Part shown: piece after piece, positions 55,578-64,000 of the stretch
Numbering within the stretch: position 1 is the stretch's first letter
Layout of the letters: each line of letters starts with the position of its first letter
From: Verrucomicrobiaceae bacterium UBA1938
GTDB lineage: Bacteria > Verrucomicrobiota > Verrucomicrobiia > Verrucomicrobiales > Verrucomicrobiaceae
Direction: 5' to 3'
DNA length: 64,000 nt
Assembly (NCBI GenBank): GCA_002336895.1
Contig: DDFC01000030.1
Span: 47,326 to 111,325, forward strand
The notes under the pieces: model-generated
What the model was told of the DNA's origin: nothing
Databases searched by the model: none
What the model saw: the letters and a program-made list of their open reading frames with translations, nothing else
Position numbers and translations under genes: made by a program

Positions 55578-56924
55578 ATGAAATTCTCCGCACTGCTGCC
55601 GCTGTTTCTGCTTTTCATTATCGCTCCGCTCACCGCTGCTGCAGCGGATGCCGCCCGGCCAAACATCCTGGTCTTCTACCTCGATGACATGGGCTGGGCG
55701 CAGCCCGGAGCCTACGGTGGAAAGATGGCCCCCACGCCCAACATGGATGCGCTGGCCGCAGGTGGCATGCGCTTCACGCAGGGCTACTCCTCCGGCTGCG
55801 TGTGCTCCCCCGGCCGTGTGGGCCTCATGACGGGCCGCTACCAGGCGCGCACCGGCCATGATGCCAACCCCACCAAAGCAGGCCGCGAACTCCTGCTCAG
55901 CGAGACCACCCTCGCCCAGCATCTCAAGTCCGCCGGCTACACCACCGGCCTCGTGGGCAAATGGCACCTTGGAGACACCAGCGCCGAGTTTCTTCCAGCC
56001 GCACGCGGCTTTGACTACGCCATGGGCACGGTGGGGAATCTCGGTGAGGGCAAAGGACCTTCCTTTTATCGTGGCAAGGACTTGATCAAGGAGTTGCCCG
56101 GAGAACCCATCACCTCGCCCGTTTATGCGCGGGAGTCGGCAGGCTTTATTGAAGCGAACCAAGGCAAGCCGTGGTTCCTCCTCATGTCCTTCAATGCCGT
56201 GCACTCGCCACACGTGGCCTCGGAGAAGTGGCTGGAGAAGTTCAAGCACTTTTCCAAACACGATGCCGCCTACGCCGCACTCGCCGCCGAGGCGGACGAA
56301 GCCATCGGCAACGTGATGGCCAAGCTGCGCGAGTTGAAACAGGAGGAAAACACCCTCATCTTCCTCCTCAGCGACAACGGCGGCGCTTACCAAAACGCCG
56401 AGATGGGCGGCCTGCGCGGTCACAAGTGGTTCGTCTGGGAGGGCGGCATTCGCGTTTCCTGGCTGGCTGCATGGAAGGGGCACATCCCCGCAGGCCGTGT
56501 GAGTGACGAGCCCGTGATCCAGCTCGACATCCTGCCGACCGCCCTTGCCGCCGCAGGTGCCAGCACCAGCATCCCGCTGGATGGCGTGAACCTGCTGCCG
56601 CTGCTCGAAGGCAAGACCGACAAGCTCGCCGCGCGCGAGCTCTACTTCCGCTTTGGCGTGCAGCAGGCCGTGCGTCAGGGAGACTGGAAGCTCGTCAAAG
56701 CCAGCAAGGACATGCAGCCCATGCTGGTGAACCTCGCCACCGACCCCGGAGAACAGACTGACCTCAGTGCGAAGGAGCCCGACAAAGCCCAGGCCCTGCA
56801 AAAGCTCTTCGACCAATGGAACGCCACCATGCAGCCCCCGCGCTGGGAGGACCAGCGCTGGAATGGCGAGGAGAGCCGCAAGGAGGGGAAGAAGGAGAAG
56901 CGGAAAAAGAAGGCGCAAGAGTAG
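55578..56924 (+). CDS. Sulfatase (N-acetylgalactosamine-6-sulfatase-like)
   Basis: RPNILVFYLDD, CSPGR, GKWHLG, SDNG, EGGIRV. Confidence 0.92.
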   Translation: MKFSALLPLFLLFIIAPLTAAAADAARPNILVFYLDDMGWAQPGAYGGKMAPTPNMDALAAGGMRFTQGYSSGCVCSPGRVGLMTGRYQARTGHDANPTKAGRELLLSETTLAQHLKSAGYTTGLVGKWHLGDTSAEFLPAARGFDYAMGTVGNLGEGKGPSFYRGKDLIKELPGEPITSPVYARESAGFIEANQGKPWFLLMSFNAVHSPHVASEKWLEKFKHFSKHDAAYAALAAEADEAIGNVMAKLRELKQEENTLIFLLSDNGGAYQNAEMGGLRGHKWFVWEGGIRVSWLAAWKGHIPAGRVSDEPVIQLDILPTALAAAGASTSIPLDGVNLLPLLEGKTDKLAARELYFRFGVQQAVRQGDWKLVKASKDMQPMLVNLATDPGEQTDLSAKEPDKAQALQKLFDQWNATMQPPRWEDQRWNGEESRKEGKKEKRKKKAQE

Positions 56925-56942
56925 CGCGAAAGTCCGTCTGAA

Positions 56943-57073
56943 GTGATGCGGGCATTGCCTCGCTTCGCGAGCCCTCCGGGCAGCCTGCGGCTGGCTATCT
57001 TCGCTCCGCTACGGTTCCTGCCCGCAACGAATGTCCCGAGACGCTCGCCTGCGGGCAGGAGTGCCCGCATCAC
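56943..57073. repeat. Inverted REP doublet GTGATGCGGGCA...TGCCCGCATCAC
   Basis: Terminal and internal inverted repeats; related to 11341-11364. Confidence 0.75.
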
Positions 57074-57120
57074 CTAATGCGTTAAAAATTTCACGTTTCA
57101 TCTTGCCATTCCGGGCCTCA

Positions 57121-57140
57121 TTCGTTAAAAATATAACGAA
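57121..57140. promoter_or_regulatory. Putative BlaI-type operator
   Basis: Perfect palindrome TTCGTTA-AAAATA-TAACGAA abutting the ATG and covering the -10 of a TTGCCA promoter. Confidence 0.65.
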
Positions 57141-57527
57141 ATGTCCGACCCATCCCAGCTTTCGCGGCGCGAGCGCCAGATCATGAATGTCCTCCATGCC
57201 GAGGGCAGCGCCACGGTGGCCGCAGTGCAGGCGCAGCTCCCGGACCCGCCCACGGACATGGCCGTTCGCCGCCTCATGCACATCCTTGAAGAGAAGGGGC
57301 ATGTGAAGCGCCTGCGCAAGGAGGGGCGGGAGGTTATCTACGCCCCCGCGCAGTCGAAGGCCCGCGCCGGCCTGAACGCCCTGAAGCAGGTGCTGGACAC
57401 CTTCTTTGGCGGCGCGGTGGACGAGGCCCTGGCCGCCCACCTCACCCGCAAGGACGCCGCGCTCACGGATGGGCAGGCGCAGCGCATCCAGAAGCTCATC
57501 GACGAAGCGAAACGCGAAGGCCGCTGA
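57141..57527 (+). CDS. BlaI/MecI/CopY-family repressor
   Basis: LSRRERQIM.VL, L..LEEKGHV, L..FFGG. Confidence 0.92.
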   Translation: MSDPSQLSRRERQIMNVLHAEGSATVAAVQAQLPDPPTDMAVRRLMHILEEKGHVKRLRKEGREVIYAPAQSKARAGLNALKQVLDTFFGGAVDEALAAHLTRKDAALTDGQAQRIQKLIDEAKREGR

Positions 57528-57550
57528 TATGAAAACAAATTCACATGGCC

Positions 57551-57649
57551 GCGCGAGCGTCCAGGAGTGCTCCAGTCTTCTGGAGCTTTGCGCGGGCCTT
57601 TGGACGTTCGAAAGCGCCGGAGGACCGGCGCACTCCAAAACGCTCGCGC
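57551..57649. repeat. Inverted REP doublet between regulator and sensor genes
   Basis: GCGCGAGCGT..GGAGTGC...GCTTT facing AAAGC...GCACTCC..ACGCTCGCGC. Confidence 0.75.
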
Positions 57650-57672
57650 GTCGCAGGCCACTCTAACCTCTT

Positions 57673-60600
57673 ATGAACACGGCTCCTCTCCATGATCTGC
57701 TTTTTCACACCGCGCTGAAGGGCGCGGTGGTGCTTTTCGTGACACTGCTCGCAGGGCTGGCCCTGCACAGGATGGCCGCCGCACGGCGCTACGCACTGTG
57801 GATGGCCGCCGTCGCCACGCTGGCCGTGCTGCCACTGGCCATGGGGCTGCTGCCTGCGTGGCGTGTGCTGCCGAAGGCTTCCGGAGAACTGGACGGGCCG
57901 GTGATGGAGACGCCGCACTTCAGCGTCAATGCCGAGCAGGCTTTGCCGGTGGAAAATGTCAGCACAACCCCGTCTGACGCCACTCCTGTGCTGCCCACGC
58001 AGGCACCCGCCATGCCCGGCTTCGCTCGGAGCATTTCATGGCAGGATGTGGTAGAATATCTGCCCATGGTCTGGATGCTTGTCGCAGGCCTGCTGCTGGC
58101 GCGCCTTGCGCTCAGCGCGTGGCGGCTGCGGCGTCTGGAGTACTCTTTGCAGCCAGGTGAATGCTGCATGCTGGAGCAGACGGCGTTTGAGCTGGGGCTG
58201 AGGCGCAGGCCGCGCCTGCTCATCGGCCCTGCGGATTCCGTGCCCATGGTCTGGGGTGTCCTCAGGCCGCGCCTGCTGCTGCCGCAGGGCTTTGAAAGCT
58301 GGAGCCATGAAAAGCGGCGCGGCGTGCTGCTGCACGAACTCGCACATCTGAAGCGCGGTGACCCCCTCGCGCTCTGGCTCGCACAATGGGTCAAGGCGCT
58401 GCACTGGTTCAATCCTCTGGCATGGCTGACCCTGCGGCATCTGCGCGCCGATCAGGAGCGTGCGTGCGATGACGCTGTGCTGCGTCAGGGCGTACGTGCC
58501 AGCGACTACGCACAGTCGCTGCTCGATCTCAGCCGCCACAACCGCATCGCTCCCGGCCTTTCGCTCTGCGCATTGACGATCACCCGCTGCGCTCCGGTGG
58601 AGGGGCGTGTGAAGGCCATCCTCGATCCCGCTCGTCGGCGCGAAGGTCTCACCCGGCGCTGGCTGGCCGGACTGGCTGGCTGCGCCCTGCTTTTCGCCCT
58701 GCCCGTGGCCATGCTCCACGCCATCGAAGGCCCCACATTGCGCGGTCGCATCCTGGACCGCAACGGCGTGGTGCTGGCGGAAAGCACGAAGGAGAAAGTG
58801 CGTGTGTATCCGCTCAAGACGCTGGCGGCGCACATGATCGGCTATGTGAGAAAATCCGATTTGGATGGATCCGTGTTTGAAGGCCATGCAGCCATGGAAA
58901 AGCTGCAGAACGACCCATTGAAAGCGGGCAGGGACGTCACGCTGACGCTCGATGCACGCATTCAGGCGCTGACCATGCATGCCATGAAAGACAACGACGT
59001 TACACGTGGCGCGGCAGTGGTGCTGGATCCGCGTACGGGGGAGATTCTGGCCTCTGTTTCGCTGCCGAGTTTTGACCCTAATGCATTCATTCCATCCGTC
59101 GGTTTGGAAGACTGGGTACGCTATCTCCATGATAAGAACGTGCCTCTCAAGGATCGGGCGCAGAAAGGTTTTTACCAGCCCGACGCAGCTTTGACGCCAC
59201 TCACTGGGCTGGCGGCGATCTATGCGGGTGTGGGAGATCAGTCTTTTGCGTGCCAGGCTCCGGTGAAAAAAAGCCAGGCTGTCTATTCATGCTGGAGATT
59301 GCGTGAAGGAAAACCGGGGCATGGCATTCTCAGCCTCGACACAGCCATGGAGCAGGGCTGCTGGCACTACTGGTATCACATCGGGATGGCCGCGGGATTC
59401 CCGAAGCTGTCTGAAGTGGGCGCACGGCTTGGGTTTGGCGGCAGCTACGGCCTTGTCGAGGAAACACAGGAAGGCGTCTGGCCCACAGAGGAATGGTGGG
59501 AGGGCCATCGGCGTGGGCTGGAGGCTTGGCCCGAAAGCAACACTGCTGATCTGGCCATGGGCCAGGGCTATGTGAAAACCACGCCCATGCAGATGGCGGT
59601 ACTGGCAGCCACCTTGGCCAACTCAGGCCTGGCGCCACAGCCACGTTTCATCCGGGGCGGCGGTGTTGCAAAATTGGCGGACTTCCGGTTTGAAGGCGCT
59701 CGGGCCGCGCAGATGCAGAAGCTGCGGGAGGGCATGCGGCTCGTCGTCAATGGAACCGCTGGCACCGACCAGTCCGCCAGAAGCGCGAATGTGATGATCG
59801 CAGGTAAAAATGCCATGATTCAAAACTGGCACCGCATCAATCAAAACCCGGAGAACACGCACAGCTGGTTCATTGGCTTCGCACCCTTTGACCAGCCGAC
59901 ACTTGCATTCGCCATTTTGAAGCAGGGCAGCAAATCGGAGGAGGATGATGCGACTCCCATCGCGAAACGCATCGTGGAAGAAACGCTGGCGCTGCCTGCG
60001 GATGGCAGCGGCGAGGTGCTGCCCGTGAAAGAGGACGTGAGCGAACTGCAACTGGCCCAGGCAAAATTTGATGCCAAAGCGGATGTTCTCAAAGCCGCCA
60101 TCGAGCGCCTCAAGCCAGAAGAAACCACAGGCTTTCCATTGGATGAAATCAGGGTGCGCAATGGGCAGATTCTGATTCGCGGCGTGGCCACGGGAATGAT
60201 CCAGGCCCTGCAATTTCGTGACAGGGTGCTTGGCCTCAAATGGGAAGACCCGCTGGAATGGACCATGCCCGTTCCACAAATCCTGGCGGACGGAAAGCGT
60301 GTGGGATTGATGATGCTGGCCACTCTGATATGGGAGGGGAAGACCAATACTTCTTTGGAGAAAGTACAGGCATCTCTCAAAAGCCTGAACGATCCACGCG
60401 CGTATGGCTGGGAGGAGCTGCGCAACGCCGCGGGACTGGCGGAACTCCCAGGCGGTACTGAGGCGTGGCGCGTTGCGATGGGCGATCCCTCCGTGAACTT
60501 TTATTTGCAGCGGAAGAATATAGCCGGGTGGCTGCGTGCTTCCTTAGGAGCGGAGGTGGATGTCGGCTGGCTGGAATCCAATACGGCCAAAGTACAGCGT

Positions 60601-61281
60601 TACCCGGCGAAGAACGGTTATCACATCGAAGTGCAGCCTCTGACTCCGCCCAATCTTTTTAAGGTGACGGTGAAAGCTCCGGTAAAGACTACAGCAGTCA
60701 TGCCTGGCCAAGTTGACTCAAATGCCACTGAGACCGAGATTCGGATGAAGTTGGCGCCAGCAAAACAATGGTCCACCTTGAAGCGGGCCGGCCTTCTTGC
60801 AGACCTGCCTGCCGGAGCGCGGCCTTTTGACCTGGGTGGCAAGAATCCAGAGAGGCAGGTGGAAAGCGTGCCGACGTTTTATTTTTGGGCGTCGCGGGAT
60901 GAGGTGCGCCGCTGGCTGCTGGAGTCTCACTGTCTGCCCACGAAGGGGGATTTTCTTTCGACGCGACAGGAGGGCCTGGCTTCAGCACTCTCGCAGCCCG
61001 CAGTTGAAGACATTGCGGCAGACTGGCCCGCCCCTCCGCAGTCATTCCGGCGCACTTACATGGCGGCTGGACACTGCCAGATCGACATCCATGCTTCGGA
61101 TGGTGAGCATGTGACCGTGACCGTTTCCCGGAGAACCCCCTCCATCCTCATCGCCCCGGATGAATTCCAGGAGCCCCGGCCTGCGGGCAGGCTGGCCCCA
61201 AAGTATGAGGGAAAGAGTGTCACGCAGAGCGAGTCCGGCATGCCCACACTCGATGTGGCAGTCCAGGCACTGCGCCCATGA
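57673..61281 (+). CDS. M56 (BlaR1-like) protease fused to degenerate class B PBP transpeptidase domain and C-terminal repeats
   Basis: HELAH, HWFNPL.W, E.ACD; RGRILDRNG, LTLD.RIQ, VLDPRTGEILA, GQG...TPMQMA, WFIGFAP. Confidence 0.85.
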   Translation: MNTAPLHDLLFHTALKGAVVLFVTLLAGLALHRMAAARRYALWMAAVATLAVLPLAMGLLPAWRVLPKASGELDGPVMETPHFSVNAEQALPVENVSTTPSDATPVLPTQAPAMPGFARSISWQDVVEYLPMVWMLVAGLLLARLALSAWRLRRLEYSLQPGECCMLEQTAFELGLRRRPRLLIGPADSVPMVWGVLRPRLLLPQGFESWSHEKRRGVLLHELAHLKRGDPLALWLAQWVKALHWFNPLAWLTLRHLRADQERACDDAVLRQGVRASDYAQSLLDLSRHNRIAPGLSLCALTITRCAPVEGRVKAILDPARRREGLTRRWLAGLAGCALLFALPVAMLHAIEGPTLRGRILDRNGVVLAESTKEKVRVYPLKTLAAHMIGYVRKSDLDGSVFEGHAAMEKLQNDPLKAGRDVTLTLDARIQALTMHAMKDNDVTRGAAVVLDPRTGEILASVSLPSFDPNAFIPSVGLEDWVRYLHDKNVPLKDRAQKGFYQPDAALTPLTGLAAIYAGVGDQSFACQAPVKKSQAVYSCWRLREGKPGHGILSLDTAMEQGCWHYWYHIGMAAGFPKLSEVGARLGFGGSYGLVEETQEGVWPTEEWWEGHRRGLEAWPESNTADLAMGQGYVKTTPMQMAVLAATLANSGLAPQPRFIRGGGVAKLADFRFEGARAAQMQKLREGMRLVVNGTAGTDQSARSANVMIAGKNAMIQNWHRINQNPENTHSWFIGFAPFDQPTLAFAILKQGSKSEEDDATPIAKRIVEETLALPADGSGEVLPVKEDVSELQLAQAKFDAKADVLKAAIERLKPEETTGFPLDEIRVRNGQILIRGVATGMIQALQFRDRVLGLKWEDPLEWTMPVPQILADGKRVGLMMLATLIWEGKTNTSLEKVQASLKSLNDPRAYGWEELRNAAGLAELPGGTEAWRVAMGDPSVNFYLQRKNIAGWLRASLGAEVDVGWLESNTAKVQRYPAKNGYHIEVQPLTPPNLFKVTVKAPVKTTAVMPGQVDSNATETEIRMKLAPAKQWSTLKRAGLLADLPAGARPFDLGGKNPERQVESVPTFYFWASRDEVRRWLLESHCLPTKGDFLSTRQEGLASALSQPAVEDIAADWPAPPQSFRRTYMAAGHCQIDIHASDGEHVTVTVSRRTPSILIAPDEFQEPRPAGRLAPKYEGKSVTQSESGMPTLDVAVQALRP

Positions 61282-61315
61282 TCTCTCCAAAGGAATAGCG
61301 GCCCGATGCCGAAAC

Positions 61316-62164
61316 TCACTTCAGCAGGCCGCTGTCCGTGAGCCACTCGGTGAAGCGGGTGGGCCAGCGGGAGGCGGCGGTGGGTTTGGCGTCGTGTTTG
61401 TAGCCAAAGCCGTGGCCGGCGTTGGCAAAGATGTGCAGCTCGGCTTTCACGCCCGCAGCTTTGTATTTGAGGTAGAGGGTGGCCATGCCTTCGGAGATGT
61501 CCTGGCGGTCGCTGTAACCAGCGGCGATGAAGAGCGGGGGCATGCCTTTTTTGGCCTCAAAGAGGCCTGAAGTGCCGGGGTAGATGAGAGCCTGGAAGTC
61601 CGGGCGGCTTCTCTGCTGCTCGATGGGGTCGGCAGATTCTTTGCTGCCGGGATCATTCGTCATGGCGGCAAAGGCGGCCAGCTCTCCGCCTGCGGAGAAG
61701 CCGAGGATGCCGATGCGGTCCGGCTGGATGTGCCACTCGGCGGCGCGGGCGCGCACGGTGCGGATAGCGCGCCGGGCATCCGCCATGGCGTGGTCCTGAA
61801 TGGTGTAGGTGCTGCCTTTTTCCCGGGCCAGACGGTACTTCAACACAAAGGCGGCGATGCCATGGTCCCGGAACCACTCTCCCAGCGCATAGCCTTCATG
61901 GCCGAGGCAGAGCTTGGAGTGGCCGCCGCCGGGGCAGATGATAACAGCGGTGCCGGCGGCTTTGTCCGCCGCAGGCACAAAGGGGGTGATGGAGGGATTG
62001 TGCACGTTGCACACGTTGCTGCCCTCGGTGGTTTCAGCTTCAGCGGCACGCGCCTCGGAGCCGGGTGCCCCATTGGGCCACAGGGGCAGGGCGGCAGGGG
62101 TGTCTGCCGCAGGGCAGAGGGCGGCGGGCAGGAGGAGCAGGCTGGCGAGGAGGGATCGGTTCAT
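61316..62164 (-). CDS. Alpha/beta hydrolase (BD-FAE-like)
   Basis: PGGGH, GFSAGG, HIFANAGHGFG, signal peptide. Confidence 0.85.
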   Translation of the reverse strand: MNRSLLASLLLLPAALCPAADTPAALPLWPNGAPGSEARAAEAETTEGSNVCNVHNPSITPFVPAADKAAGTAVIICPGGGHSKLCLGHEGYALGEWFRDHGIAAFVLKYRLAREKGSTYTIQDHAMADARRAIRTVRARAAEWHIQPDRIGILGFSAGGELAAFAAMTNDPGSKESADPIEQQRSRPDFQALIYPGTSGLFEAKKGMPPLFIAAGYSDRQDISEGMATLYLKYKAAGVKAELHIFANAGHGFGYKHDAKPTAASRWPTRFTEWLTDSGLLK

Positions 62165-62225
62165 GAGAAATGCAGGCAGAATGTAACGCTGAGAATGCCG
62201 AAGTTTACGCGAAATGATCGCACGA

Positions 62226-62253
62226 TTGACAAATCAAAGAGTACCGCTAGTGT
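62226..62253 (+). promoter_or_regulatory. Sigma70-type promoter of rpmH operon
   Basis: TTGACA-N16-TAGTGT. Confidence 0.55.
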
Positions 62254-62333
62254 CGCGCCCCCTCTTTTCGAGGGAGGCCGTGACTTGTCCGGTCTGAATC
62301 CACTGCTTCCCACTTTCACCACCCCACAAGCCC

Positions 62334-62522
62334 ATGCCAAAGACATTCAGGACCTACCAGCCTTCCAAGCGCACGCGCAAGCAGCAGTTTGGTTTCCGCG
62401 CACGCACGAAGACCGCGAACGGCCGTGACATCCTGCGCCGCCGCCGCCGCGCCGGACGCAAGCGCCTCCTGCCCAAGGGCGTGGAAATCCACTTCAAGCG
62501 TCACACCCAGCAGCACTCCTAG
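62334..62522 (+). CDS. rpmH: 50S ribosomal protein L34
   Basis: RTYQPS..R..K..GFRAR..T.NGR.IL.RRR..GRKRL. Confidence 0.95.
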   Translation: MPKTFRTYQPSKRTRKQQFGFRARTKTANGRDILRRRRRAGRKRLLPKGVEIHFKRHTQQHS

Positions 62523-62546
62523 TCCCGCTGCGGCGCGCTCCTTCCC

Positions 62547-62927
62547 ATGCGCCTTCCCTCAAACCTGCGGATGAAGCTCGCGCGTGATTTCGCGCGCGTG
62601 AAGTCGCAGGGCAGCAGCCAGGCTGGAAAATATCTGGTGCTTGGGGCATTGCGCGTGGAGGAGCTCACGGAGTTCCAGTTTGGCCTCATCACCGGGGGTC
62701 GGCTGGGCAATGCTGTGGTAAGAAATCGCATCCGCCGCCTGCTGCGCGAGATCGTGCGGGCACACCGTACGGAGATACTCCCCGGGTGGCAGATGGTCAT
62801 CATCGCCCGCTGGCGTGCCCCACAGGCCACGCTGGAAGAACTGGAAAACGACTGGCTGCGGCTGGCACGGCGCATGAGCCTGATAAAGCCCAAGACCCCG
62901 GCCGCGCCGCGCACACCTGCACCATGA
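62547..62927 (+). CDS. rnpA: RNase P protein component
   Basis: DFARV, G...G.AVVRNRIRRLLRE (RNR motif). Confidence 0.93.
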   Translation: MRLPSNLRMKLARDFARVKSQGSSQAGKYLVLGALRVEELTEFQFGLITGGRLGNAVVRNRIRRLLREIVRAHRTEILPGWQMVIIARWRAPQATLEELENDWLRLARRMSLIKPKTPAAPRTPAP

Positions 62928-63160
62928 AGTGGCTCATCCGCATCCTCATCCGCGGCTACCAGGTGTTTCTCTCCCCCGTCATTCACGCCCTCGGCGGCCC
63001 CGGCTCCGGATGCCGCTACACGCCTTCCTGCTCGCGGTATTTTCTGGAGGCCGTGGAGACCCACGGCGTGCTGCGCGGCAGCTGGATGGGCATCTGCCGG
63101 ATCTGCCGCTGCAATCCCTGGGGCGGCCACGGGCACGACCCGGTGCCCGCGAAGAAATAA
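62924..63160 (+). CDS. yidD: Membrane protein insertion efficiency factor
   Basis: YQ..LSP, CRYTPSCS.Y, RICRCNPWGG.G.DPVP. Confidence 0.95.
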   Translation: MKWLIRILIRGYQVFLSPVIHALGGPGSGCRYTPSCSRYFLEAVETHGVLRGSWMGICRICRCNPWGGHGHDPVPAKK

Positions 63161-63331
63161 TCGAGGAATGACGAATTTTCTTCAACAGTGTAATGGCGGT
63201 CAGGGCATTCCCCGGCATGGGTGCGCCCCGCATTTTCCCGCCCTCTCTCATTGTTCACTCGACGGGGGCTCAATCCGGCTGCACATGCCCTCATTCATTA
63301 AAAACCTCTCTCCCACCCAAAGCTAAATTTC

Positions 63332-64000
63332 ATGGACCGTAAAAGTTGGATCGTCGTGACGCTGTGTGTCATCCTCATGGGGGTGAACTGGCACTACATG
63401 CAGGAAAACCAGAAGCTGCAGCAGGCCGAAACCGCACGTAAAAAGCAGGAAGAAGTGGCCAAAAAAGCGGCGCAGACCGCAGAAGCCAAGACCGCCGCCG
63501 CAGCACCTGCCGCCGGCACCACGGCCACCCCCGCAGCCGCCGAGCTGCCGGAGGAAAAGCACTCTCTGAAGGTGGGCACCGTCACGTTTGAGCTCAGCTC
63601 CAAAGGCGGCGGCATCTCCCGCGCCGTGCTGGCCGGCACGGACATGGTGACGCTGAACAAGAACGGCCTGGAACCCGTGGGCGCCCTGCGCCGCGATGCC
63701 GCCGGGCTGGACTCCATCCCCTACAAGCTGACCGCCAAGAGCGACAAGAGCGCCACCTTTGAAGGCACGAGCAAAGAAGGCATCCTCGTCACCAAGACCT
63801 ACACCCTGACGGAAGGCGCAGAGGGAGATGAGCATCTGGTGGACCTCAAGATCACGCTGAAAAACACCGGCACCACCCAGCACCGCTCCGAGGAGTACTA
63901 CCTCTACACCGGTGCCGCCAGCGCCATCAAGCACGACGATGCCCGCTATGACGGCTTCTTCTGGAACAACGCCGGAGACACCGACAAGCATCTCTCCAGC
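63332..64000 (+). CDS. yidC: Membrane protein insertase YidC, 5' part (runs off right edge)
   Basis: Not in ORF track; MDRKSWIVV..C.IL..VNW TM1, Ala-rich linker, FELSSKGGGI; position after yidD. Confidence 0.88.
   Translation, partial: MDRKSWIVVTLCVILMGVNWHYMQENQKLQQAETARKKQEEVAKKAAQTAEAKTAAAAPAAGTTATPAAAELPEEKHSLKVGTVTFELSSKGGGISRAVLAGTDMVTLNKNGLEPVGALRRDAAGLDSIPYKLTAKSDKSATFEGTSKEGILVTKTYTLTEGAEGDEHLVDLKITLKNTGTTQHRSEEYYLYTGAASAIKHDDARYDGFFWNNAGDTDKHLSS

Noticed and set aside
53683-55593. Very long antisense ORFs (also 742-2127, 4444-6072, 9779-11365, 30559-31962, 55407-56918 and many others)
   Set aside because: They shadow well-supported genes on the opposite strand, as expected from GC-rich codon bias; no motifs of their own

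Overview
GC-rich bacterial chromosome segment, most likely Verrucomicrobiota (Prosthecobacter-like). This is inferred from the DUF1501 and sulfatase content, the REP-like repeats and a TGTTC-N4-GAACA LexA box. From left to right: a sulfatase/hydrolase cluster (1-6.1 kb; 8 Cys-type sulfatases in the whole window); DEAD helicase, RNase H-like gene, infA and an ECF sigma trio; a second sulfatase cluster interrupted by a REP-flanked Y1 (IS200/RAYT-type) transposase; a DinJ-MazF toxin-antitoxin (TA) pair; metR-metE-metF with a COG0523 GTPase; a LexA-boxed radical SAM/DUF4130 repair pair; DUF1501, a dynamin-like gene and queG; a tRNA-Cys locus with three progressively decayed tRNA copies separating a TA pair, an orphan gene and an AT-rich Lamassu (ABC-3C) system; hemA/ccsA, apt, glnD; a BlaI/M56-PBP pair; and rpmH-rnpA-yidD-yidC running off the right edge. 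Best leads: (1) the tRNA-Cys-delimited cargo array, (2) an in-frame insertion of intergenic repeat modules inside queG, (3) a fixed-spacing GA..-N-CGTT motif just upstream of most sulfatase/hydrolase start codons, (4) an M56 protease fused to a class B PBP domain with all three catalytic motifs degenerate, (5) an IF-1 with a long PNRG-repeat extension. All family assignments come from motif recognition by eye; no searches were run.
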